From positions 1 to 61,238 of the forward strand of contig WJMH01000012.1 in the NCBI GenBank assembly GCA_014728045.1: a stretch of DNA of 61,238 nt. Direction: 5' to 3'. This document shows positions 34,425-45,300 of this stretch, piece after piece. This DNA is from Candidatus Omnitrophota bacterium (GTDB lineage Bacteria > Omnitrophota > Gorgyraeia > Tantalellales > Tantalellaceae). Position 1 is the stretch's first letter. Every line of letters begins with the position of its first letter. Position numbers and translations under genes: made by a program. Under the pieces are notes generated by a model, which saw only the letters and a program-made list of their open reading frames with translations, searched no databases and was not told where the DNA came from.

Positions 34425-34479
34425 GAGGCTGCATGCCGCGGGCTCCAGGCAGAGAGCCGGAAGCCCGCGGATGGGCCTT
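34425..34479 (+). other. Long GC-rich stem-loop immediately after the gene A stop codon
   Basis: ccgcgggct (34436-34444) is the exact reverse complement of agcccgcgg (34462-34470). Pairing continues inward (cc/gg, ggc/gcc around an agaga loop) and outward (cat/atg, aggc/gcct). Confidence 0.65.
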
Positions 34480-34504
34480 GAACATAAAGGACCTTAACCC
34501 AACC

Positions 34505-34560
34505 AGGAACGCCCTTACTTTCAGGCCTGCCAAGCTGCCTGGGGTAGGGGCGTTCTTCAC
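34505..34560 (+). terminator. Probable intrinsic terminator of gene A
   Basis: gaacgcccttactttcaggc (from 34507) pairs with gcctggggtaggggcgttc (to 34555), using G-U pairs and one bulge. A U-rich tail (ttcttcact) and AT-rich sequence follow. Confidence 0.6.
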
Positions 34561-34659
34561 TAGATTTGATAAATGACTATAATAGAATGACTTATAAAAA
34601 TATGGACAAAACGGTATAAAATCATTAATGTTAAATTGGAAAAAGTAGGCTATGTGACG

Positions 34660-34689
34660 TTGACCTGTTGCTTATATATATGATATATT
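34660..34689 (+). promoter_or_regulatory. Putative sigma70-type promoter of gene B
   Basis: TTGACC (34660-34665), 18-nt spacer, TATATT (34684-34689) preceded by TG (extended -10), in an AT-rich spacer. Confidence 0.5.
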
Positions 34690-34742
34690 ATTAGTAGCCA
34701 TTTAAAGTAAGACCATAAAAAAGCCAGAAAATTCAGATATAC

Positions 34743-34748
34743 GGGGGG
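34743..34748 (+). promoter_or_regulatory. Ribosome-binding site of gene B
   Basis: GGGGGG ending 7 nt upstream of the GTG start at 34756. Confidence 0.55.
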
Positions 34749-34755
34749 AAATGCG

Positions 34756-36300
34756 GTGCTTAAACGCACGAAGTTCTTAAAAATAGTATCAATACTAATA
34801 TTATTGATATTCGTACATGAACAGCTGGGGTGGACCTATGACGGTACGGCTGTATGGACCCAGCTGAACGAAGTTCCCTCCCGGTCCGGGAACAAGCTTA
34901 CCCGGCAGATCAAGATCCCCAATGATGTAGGTGAAGTCTGCCAGGCATCTACCGGCCAGGCCGGAGAGGTCATAATAAACATACAGGACGCCCACGCCTC
35001 ACTTTCATCACAGCATTCCATAGTAGATATACTTGATACCCTTGTTGCCAATTACGATGTCAGGTTCATCGCCCTTGAGGGCTCGCAGGGTTACATTGAC
35101 ACAACGCTCTTAAAAACATTTCCCGATGAAAAGATCCGTAAAAACACCGCTGAGTTCCTTATGCGCGAAGGGCGCATGAGCGCGGGTGAGTTCTTCGACG
35201 CGACGCGCGACAGGAAGGATCTGGTGCTTTACGGTGTCGAGGACAACGCCCTTTACCGGAGGAACGTGGAGGGCTTCAGGAAGATCATGGATGAAAGGGC
35301 GCATTATGCCCGGCAGGTTATCGCGCTCCGGGATCAGCTTGATGAGTTAGCCAAAAAGATATTTTCCCCGGAGCTTTACCTCCTGGCCAGATGTTCACGC
35401 CTCCATCGGCAGGGCAGGCTGAGTTTTTCCGATTACTGGAAGGAAATAAAGGGTCTTTCCGGGGATGAGGCGTCCGTTGAGGGTCTGGTGAACGTGGAAA
35501 AGCTCCTGGAGTCGATCCGCACGGAAGAAAATATTGATTTTGCGGGAGCCAACCTACAGAGAAGACAGCTGATAGATGTTCTCAGCGGCACCATGGACCA
35601 GGGGGATATCGAGAAGCTTGTCTTAAGGTCTCTTCTTTTCAAAAAGAACAAGATTTCACAGTCGGATTTCCACGGGTACCTCATCGATCTTGCGGAGGCT
35701 TACGGGGTGGACCTCTCCTGTTACGGTGATCTTGCCAGGTTTACTGAGTATGTCAGGCTGTACGAGAGCATAGACATAATCTCACTTTTCAGAGAGGTCT
35801 CCTTGTTTGAAGAGAGGCTCAGAGAATCGCTTTTCCGTAACGGGGACGAACGTGAACTAGCCCGGTGGATAAAGCTGACCCGGCTGACGGGAGATCTGTA
35901 CAACGTAGAACTTTCCAACGACGATTATGCGGACATCGCCTCACGTATCGGCGAATGTGATGGAATCTCATGCGCGCGCTTTATCCGAAGAGCCTGCACA
36001 GAATATGGAGTACCTGTGGGGCCAGGTTATGATGCCGGTAACATTTTCGGGGGCGTCGAAAAGGCCCTTGAGTTCTACAGGGTGGCCGAGGAGCGCAACA
36101 GCGCCATTCTTACGAACACCATACGAAGTATGCGGCGTGAGAACAAGCAGGTCGCCGCGCTGATAACAGGAGGTTTCCATACCGGGGGCCTTACGCGGCT
36201 CATGCGCGAGAATCGGCTCTCGTACCTTGTGGTAACGCCCAAGTTCGAAAAGGGGAAAGAAAGGCCTTATATAGCCATACTTACCAACAAGAAGAAGCCA
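34756..36300 (+). other. Signal peptide plus conserved N-terminal domain of protein B (Tiki/TraB/EreA/ChaN-like motif order)
   Basis: IQDAH (H 34993), ALEG (E 35077), ERN (R 36094), ITGGFH (H 36178); colinear with 54421-55960 in gene C. Confidence 0.7.
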
Positions 36301-39300
36301 TACCAAAGACTTCTCGAGTCGGGCAAGTATCAACTTGCCATCAGCGCGTATTTCCAGGACATGGATGAGGATAAGTTCGTAAGCGCTGCTGTCTACGCGC
36401 TTTCCAACGTGGTCAAAGAGGGCGGCAACTGGCGTTACGAGGCCGACAGGTGGTACAGGCTCTACAGAGATGAACACGCAAGGCTTAAAGAGGAATCGCA
36501 AGAGAAGATAAAGGGAAGTCTCGCTCCGGAGGAATTCGCCAGGATCCTCGGGGTGGGAGAATACGAAGGTCAGGGGCAGCTCAGGATCGAAAACTGGCAG
36601 GATACGGTCATGGTCGCAAGGATCAAGGACGACCAGAGCGCTTATTTCCGATTGGACCTTGGCGAGGGCGGCGTACTGGAATCCCCCCGGGTACTGTCGC
36701 CTCGTCAGGGCCGAAAGATCCTCGCTGCCCTTGACCGGATAAAGGACTCCGAGGGAGGCAGAGGTCTGGAGGAACGGGTCGGTGAACTCGAGGGCCAGCT
36801 GCAGCGTATCACGGAGCTGGTTGAAGGGGATCTCAAGAGCTCCCGGGATGAGGAACTCATCAGCAGGCTCGGAACCGACCGGGAACTTCTTTTTGCCGTG
36901 GTTTCCCGGCTCGACGGGCCGGGGGAAGTGACCAGGGATCAGGTGGCCAGCAAACTGAAGGCCGATTCGGGTTTTGCCCTGCCCGGTGGATGGGATAAGA
37001 ACGCGCGGCTTGCCAATGCCGTGGAAGAATTCACTCTCCTGGTAAAAGATACCAGAAAGGATATTAACAGGATAAAGAGCGACCTGAGCAATAACCAGAA
37101 GCTGGTGAAGAGCATTGCCGGTATTTTCTTGGGGAACAGGGAGGACCTTACCGCCGGTAATGTCGCGGATTTTCTTCAACGGGACATGAAAGAGCCTCTT
37201 TATGGAAGGTGGGATGAGGTGCCTTCCTTCAGGAAGGCCGTGCAGGAATTCACCGAATGGGTGGGTAAAGTAACTCCTCAGATCATGGACCAGAAGCGAA
37301 AGAGCTATCATTGGGATATAGCCGACCAGGGAAGGTTCGATAACACAATGGCGGTATTCAGCATGCTCTTCAGGCGGATAGGCATTTCCGAGGGCAGGGA
37401 AGAAGCGCCGGTGATCTCACGGATAAGGGGCACGCCCGAGAGACCGGTCAAGGTGCTTGAGGTGGGTTCCGGCAAGCTTTTGCCGGTCACCGGTTATTTC
37501 AGGGGAACACTGGGCAGTTACATGTCACGTCACGGAGGCTCTTTCAAAAGCACTTTTACCCGGGCCTACGAAGAGGGGTTCCCGAACCTGAAGGCGGAAG
37601 CGATCGATCCCAGACTTGAAGACAGGCCCGAGAAAGGTTTCCACAGGGGCAACGCCCTCAAGATGGACATGTTCAAAGATGAGGATTTCGATGATATTTT
37701 CGCTTTTATGGTTTTCAACCCTGAATGCTACTACGAATACAGCTCATTCAACGAGGAGTTCTGGGAAGAGAATTTCCCCGGCGAACTGATGACCGAAGAA
37801 AAATATTACGGGAAAATAGCGGCTGAATTATTGAGGATACTCAAGCCCGGCGGGCGTTTATACATGAGCACCGGCACCAGACACAATGATATTTTCAACC
37901 GTATACTCCTGGAATCTGGTTTCCGGTGTGAATACCTTGATAATGAAGTAGGATATCAGGTGTTCGCCAAACCGGCCGGTGATCCGCTTTCCGAGGAGGA
38001 GCGCAGAGTGTTAACCAAAAGGTCTCTTTCGCGCGTCTACCAGTACCTTACCCATTGTATATCGATAATAAAGGCCCAGCTTGAACTTGTGCCCGAAGAA
38101 GGCGAGCTTAGCGATTCACAGATCGAAGCTCTTAACAAGATCGGGGATACCGCAGAGAACATGCTCGAAGAGCTCAGGGGAGATGACCTTTACGTTCCTT
38201 ATGTAAAAGCGGTCAAAAATCTTCTGAGCAATGATAGCCCCGGTTCGCTGTATTACATATTGGGTTGTCTGCAGCCTTTTCTCACTTATTCCAGGGTATT
38301 ACCGCCCAAAAGAAATATTAATAAGAAGTATTATCAGCATATGAAGAAAAGCCTGGAAGAGATGGTAACAATAGCCTCGCGCATCGACGAGGCCGGGATC
38401 GAAGATATACGGTTCTTTGATTCTGAGAAGTCCGGGGAAGAATACGTAAGCCTCAGGGACTGGCAGAGAAGAAGGCCCATTAGCAGCAGCGAATGGCTGA
38501 CGTACCTGTTCGATACGGGGCGGGAAGATCTCGTTGACCGCATCATGCGCAGCACGGGATCCCGCGAGGTCTTTGAAAAGTACATACCGTCGGTGAATGT
38601 GTTCATGGAGATGGCCGATTCCGGAAGGGTCGCGCCCGGTCCCGGCGAGGAAGAGTTGTTCAAAGACACCAGGGGTTTTCTCCTTGAGACAGATCCGTCC
38701 AGGTTGGAGGAGCTGGGCGGCTTCGCCAGCAGCAAGATAGCTTCATCCTTCTTGGAAGAAGAGAAGAGGCCGTTTTCTTCAGGTGGCGGAGGTTTCCCCT
38801 CTATCCTTTCCATCCTGCTGGCAGGCGGGGTATGGACACTTACCCAGGGTGTGGTTTCGGCGGCAGAGCCGGCAGCGGGCCGGGTGACGTTCAGTGCCGC
38901 TGGCGCGCTGGGCGTGTTCCTCAGCACGGGAACTGTAGTTGCGCTTCTTGCTTTTAGCGCGGGCGCGATCGTAATCGCGCTGATCTCTTCGAAGGTTTTG
39001 AAAAAGTATTTCTCGAGAACATATCTCGGCAGAACGCGCCTTCGTTCGTTCCTGATAGGCGCGGCAGCATTCATGTTGTTCTTTTTCACTTTTAATATGG
39101 CAGAGTCAAGAGGCCCTAAGTCACTGAAGGACCTTTTGAGGACACCTGTCAGTAACGCCAAACAGATCATCAACAGTCTCAGGTCCGAGGAGCCCGAGAA
39201 AGAAGTGGCTCTGGGCGTGCGCCATTCACTCTCGAGCATTAAGGGCATACCGGCCGAAACCATCCTGACCGGAACAGGCACCAGGATGCGCCTTGTTCCC

Positions 39301-42300
39301 TATAGCCGCGTCCAGGACCTTATATCTTCGCCCCCGGAGGGATACAGGATCTACGGTGTCTTTAATACCGCACCACAGAGGAACGGCAGGCACACGACCC
39401 TGGTGGGATCTCAGGGGCGGGTGCTGCGGGCGCGCAACAGCATCTCGACCCGCGCGGGAGGAGCGTTCTATCTGAAATATCCCGACGGCACCGCCAGAAT
39501 AGTAAGCAACACAGATGAGAACTATGAAAAATATATAGAGGGCGAGGATTTTGAGGTGGCGATACAGGCGGGTCCCCTTGTAAAGGAAAACGGATCTATA
39601 AAGGATTCTCTTCCCACCGAATCCACTTCTAGGATCTACGTGGGGGTCGATTCTCTGACGAACCGCACGAAGTTTATGCATGTGGGCTCGGGTGTAACAG
39701 GTTACAGCGACGTCGAGGAGGTACTGGAAAAGCATTTCAAGGGATTTGCGGAGGTGATGCTTTTTGACTGCGGACAGTTCGATATTACGGAGGTCTCAAG
39801 GGACGGTGTTGCCGGCAAGGAACTGGAAGGTGAAGAGGTTTATTGTCTTGCTGTTATGGGTAAGGATCTTCCCGGCCGGAAACCTTTCGCGGAACCTGAC
39901 TGGAAGAAGAGCCCGCTGTATCTTGCCGTTCTAAGCGGGATCGCCGGTATTATAACGCCATTTCTTTTCAGTGACGGGGTGACGTCATCGCTGATGCTCA
40001 TACTGGCCTCGGTCACGGGTCTTTACGCGGCATCTTTCGGCATCTGGAAACACCTCCTTCTGGGAGGGGTAAGACGAGGCTCTTTCCGGAGCGCCGAATA
40101 CCGTTCAAGTTCAAGGGAAGTTGCGCGCCAGAGGGTGCAGATCCTTTTCGCGGAAATCTCCAGGTCCCTTACCGGCGGACGGGTTAGCAGAAAAAGCCGC
40201 GATCTGGTCGGCGGCAGTATTGATTTCGCCAGGGGGCCGGCGCAGGTAGTGCTTGTTGACGAGGATTCATCTCAAGAGGAAAAGGATATTCTCGGCACGG
40301 ATCATGCGGCTTTTGACAAGCAGAAGAACCTGTTATATATTACCGGCAATATGGCCAGGGCACCGGACTGGTTACTCTCTGTTATCCTTGCACATGAAAC
40401 CGCCCATCGTTTTACCCGAAGCGAGTGCCGGGCGAACCTTTTCACCTTGTTCAATATACCCGGGGCGATCAATACCCTGAAGGGGATCTTCTTCACCCCC
40501 GTTGATTACCGCATGGCTTCTTTCGCGAAAGATGCCGATATCCGCCAGAGGAACACAAGGAAAGCGCGTCTTGCGCAATTGCTCGCCGGGAGAATGAAAA
40601 ACGAGGGATATGATATCTCCGCAGAGGATATAAGCACTCTCGGCAGGGTATTCCTGGCCCGGAACGCTTTCAGCGGGGATACAGCAAAGCTATTCGCCTT
40701 CCTGGAAAAAGAGGGGATAGAGCTTTCCCGGACAGGAAGGCTGCTCAGTGAATATTATAATTCATATCGGGATTTTTACGATGCCTACCGGAGCGCTTCT
40801 TCCGGGGGCAGGCTGGATGCGAGTCTTGTTGACGCTAACAGGCTGCTTCCTATAATACGGCTTGTTGATACCTTCGAAGAGGACCAGGACAGGATAGGTT
40901 CTGTAATAACCCGTCTTGATATGGAGAGCTTCAAGCATACTTTTCAGCTTTTGGAAGAGGTTTTTGAACGGGAGGGCATTTCCGACAGGAGAGCGCTCAG
41001 TGTCCTGAAGACACTTATGGGCGAAAGGGATAAAGGCCTGATCAACATGATGGCCGAAGCGCGCGGGACAGGGGCTCTCACGGTGAGTGACCGTGTCCTC
41101 ATGGAGACATCGACGCCTAAAGAAAGGATATACCAATTCAATAACGGTCTATTGAAGGATACAGGCGAACGCGAGTATGCGCTAATGGTTTTCAGGATGG
41201 GCCTTCCCGAGAGGATAAAACGCCGCGTGAAGCATTACCTGGAAGCGAACGGGTTCGATGTGGCCAGCATCGAAAGCAGAAAAGCCGGGATGGACCGTGT
41301 GCTCAGTTACTGGGGCGAAGGCGGCATGCTCGAAGAGGCGCTGAGCGAGCTGGCCGAGGACGGGGTGGGCATTTTCCGGGCAAAAGTGGCCCTGGCCCGT
41401 GGCGACGGCAGGGATTTCGAGAACTGGTTCGCAAGAGTGCAGAGCGAGCATCCGGAGCTTGTTTCCGTTAAGAGGCTGGGGTTTTGGCTGGAGGTGCTCA
41501 GGCGGGGGTATGAGACCGTGATAGTCCGTTCCTCTGTTCCGAGAGAGAGGCTCTCCAGGAAATTCGCTGCTCCGGAAGAAGCCGTCGGTATGAAATTCCA
41601 GGACTTTTTCAGCGAATATGTAGTAGGGGATGAGAACGCCTTCAGGGCCGAGCCGGAGAGCTTAAGGGGGAAGTTCATCGAACCGGCATTACATCCGAGA
41701 GGAGAGCTCCGCCGTATCTTTAAGTCCGCCCAGAAGGTCCTGCCGCTTGAACAGGTGGGCCTTGCCAACTGTATAGACTGCCCGACATACAAAAAATTGA
41801 ATGATAAACGGCAGATCTATCTCCCGGCGGAAAGAGGCAGCTCCCCCGGAGAGATCCCGGCAGTCGTCCGCAGATTCAAGAAGAGCTTAGCGCCGGTCAT
41901 GCCGTTAGATAAATACGCCATCCTGGCGGCGCCCTGGGTGGAGGAGACGTTTTTCTTCTTCGCGCCGATGTTCCTGGGCGGCCTGCTTTTCGGGGTCGCC
42001 AGTTACTGGACAATCGCGCTTGTCGCCGCTGTAAGAGGGGTTTTCTTCTTTCTGCATGAGAGGCCCCGCGAGCTGATGAGCATGCCCCAGGAAGAGATCT
42101 TAAAGCTGTTCAACCCCTCTTACCAAGAGCTCAGAAAGCATGTTTACGCGGACCTTAAATACGTCACCGCTCTTGCCGGGGCATTTGGTATAGAAGAGGG
42201 ATCCGAGGAGATGTACATGTTGCGTGTTATAGCACTTACGCATGACCTGGGAGGAGTGCTGGGCGTAAAACGCGACGAGCAGATCGAGAAAAAGCTCATG

Positions 42301-45300
42301 CTGCTGGCTCTGAACAAGAACGTGGCTTACCGTAACCGCGATCCACTGGACGTGGAAGCCGAGCTTGTGAGCAAGGGAGCAGTGCTTACCGATGAGGAAA
42401 AAGCTTTCATAAGTACCATGGACCATTCCAACAATTCCCTCAGGATCCTGGACAGCTGCGACATAAAAGTCCCGCCTGTTGTGAGAAAGATAATATCAGG
42501 CCATATGGAATCGCCCACCCAGAAGGAACTTGCCGGGTGGACCGAACAGGAGAGACGACTTTTCGCGTGTTTCGCTATAGCGGATGTCTTCGAGACCGGC
42601 AACAATTACTACAAGCAGACGGGAAGGGACCCTGAATACTGGAGAAGTTTCGAATCCCCCGATGAGACAATGAAGTTCATAAGAGAGGTCAAGTTCAGGA
42701 ACAGGCACCTGCTGGTACCTTATCTGGAGAAGGCCGAAGAGTTCATCTCCGCGGGCGGGTTCCAGGAGGCCATCGAGTTCAGCCGTAAACCCATAAGTGA
42801 AGCAGAAATGAGCATGGAGATCATACCGCGGGCGCCGCCTCCGCGCAGGACAGTTCCCCTTGCGGTAGCCGTTTCGGGCGCACTTTTCCCGGGATTGCCC
42901 CTTGTTCTTCCGCAACTTTCTTTAGCTCCGGGATTATTCATCGTGGGAAGCACGACTTTAATAATTATGCTCCATGCGGCGGCCAATGCCCTCGCGCTCT
43001 TCTCGGGGAAATTACCGGCAACTATAGATACCGAGAGGTTCGGAAGGGATAAAAGGCATGTCATACTCCAGACGAACGGTAATGTCTCGGATACAGGGGA
43101 TGCGCTTTATAACGAAGTCTTTTCGGGGGCTGCGCAGATCATAAAAGAGAGGGAGTTCTTCACGTCCGAGCAGCTCAGTATCCTGGGAGGCAACGTCAAG
43201 TTCCGCCTGGTGGAGGGCACCAAGTACCTTATCGATGCGGTGGACCTGACAGGAAAGAGCGACTGGGTCATATCTGTCAACAGGTTCATTTTTGATAATT
43301 ACCATAGCGACAAGGAAGCCTGCCTGACGAAACTTGCGTACCTGCTGGCTTCGCAGTATGACCATATACTTTTTACCGAGTTCTGCCGCGAGAGGAACTT
43401 CGAGCCGGGGGTCGGCGAGAGCGCGGCCATAAATCTTCTGCGGGATACCGCGAGGGTTAACGATAACAGGGACGACGCCGAGAAGCTCGCCAGGTTCCTT
43501 GAGATGGCCAAGTTCCCCTTACGGGACGGGGAAGCGTCTGCCGATGAGACGCCATCGGGCGAATTGCCTTATTTCGCGGATTTTGAATACGAATACGGAA
43601 AGCTGCTCAGCAAGATCCGGGAAGGTTCCTTCTATGGCCTGGATTTCGTGGGCGACCCCGAATGGCTGGACCTGATAATCAATTTCTTCAACAGTAACCT
43701 CGAGTATTTCCACAACAAGCGCCTGAAAAGCGGTAGTGTGCAGACTTACCTGGCCTTTTTCTACAAGATGGAACACCTTGATAAATCCGAGGTCCTGAAA
43801 CATCTCAGGTGGTATGAGAACTATTCCGATTACGGGTGGCTGAAGGCCAAACTCGGCGATGATTTCCGCACTTCCACCATGATAGAGACCGAAGAAGAGC
43901 GAAAGGTCAATATATATTATAATCTGAGCAACGAAGAGTACAGGACTTCGGACCTTGCAAAGCGGCTTTTCCCCGAAGAGGACCCGGATTTCCTGAAAAA
44001 GACCGTCGAGGGTCTTTTCCCCGGCATACGTTTTCACGTCCGGGACCTTGAAGAGGTATATGTAAGGTTCCTCGGAGAGGGCGTCAAAAAGGACGCTTTC
44101 TACTGCATGCTCGTGACCGAAGAGGGGCCGTATGAGTTCGTCCTTCTTCTCAGGCACAAGGAAGTGGATGATGAAGGATATGAGATCATACAGCCCAACC
44201 TGCTGGAGCCGGGAGAAATGGAACAGCTCAAATGGGCGAATATCCAATTCCCCGACCGGGCGCCGCGTATAGGTTCGGTCATCACCAAGCCCGGGACCGA
44301 CACTGTCATACAGATGGGAGTTTCCTATCTCGGCAAAGACCTGGGTCGCATCGCTTCCAGTTCCAATAACAAGCTCACCGACGAGGCGAAGCTTCATTTT
44401 CTGAGGAGCGGGATAGCCTGTTATATAAAAGGCGCCTTCAGAATGGGGGGATTCAGGGTGGTCGACGACCCGAAACCGCAGAACCTGAGTTCTCTGGACA
44501 TGAAAGTCAGCATTGTTGACTATGGTAAACGTTCACGCGGGGACCGCATCGTGTTCCTTACAAAACTTGTGAAATTTCTGGCCTCGGACAGGGGTTTCTG
44601 GGGGATAGGCGGTATAGGTTTCGAAGGCGAGACCAGATATAACACGATATTTGACGCCTTTCTGGAGGCTTTTGAAAGCTACAGAGGACCGAGGAACATA
44701 AACCGTGAGTACAGGAAAGCCCTGGGGATCGAACTTTTAAGGACAATATATGAGGATCCCTACAACTTATTGACCGAAAAAGCGACGGGCGAGCCTCTTC
44801 CGGTCAAGAAAGCCCTGAAAGAGTACCTTGAGAATGTTTTCAAGCATTACCGCCCCTCGTACGTTCTCGCTTCGGACAGGCTGGTAGAAGAGTTCGACTG
44901 GGATCATGTCGCCCGAAGATGCGCCCGGATCGACGCTGGTGAAGAGGTGGTGCATTTCGCAAGTCCCTCTTCCGGACGTAACCCTTACTGGTATATCGCC
45001 CGCATGGCCGGAGTGAGCGAAAAGGCCATGGCCGTGGAAGACCTCACTGCCGGGGAAATGGAGGACATGGTCGACCTGATCATGCTGGATTACCTCACAG
45101 TTCCCAGTAACGAGTATCTTGTGATGCTCAAGAAGCTTTCCCGCAGGCTCCGGGTGGAACCGGTAATTCCCGGAACAAAGGAAGAATACAGGGCGTGGTT
45201 ACGCACCCTTAAGGAACAGGCCCGCGCTTTATCCGAGGGCCGGGATATAGAGCAAAGGACGCCGCAGGTCGATGGAAGGCTGGACGGCGACTTTCTGCTT

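Noticed and set aside
34421-34560. SRP RNA, tRNA or a known riboswitch in the A-B spacer
   Set aside because: I found no SRP core, cloverleaf or riboswitch consensus; it is kept only as unassigned hairpins.
34751-34780. ATG at 34751 as the start of gene B
   Set aside because: It is out of frame and stops after 9 codons. GTG 34756 has suitable RBS spacing and gives the signal peptide.
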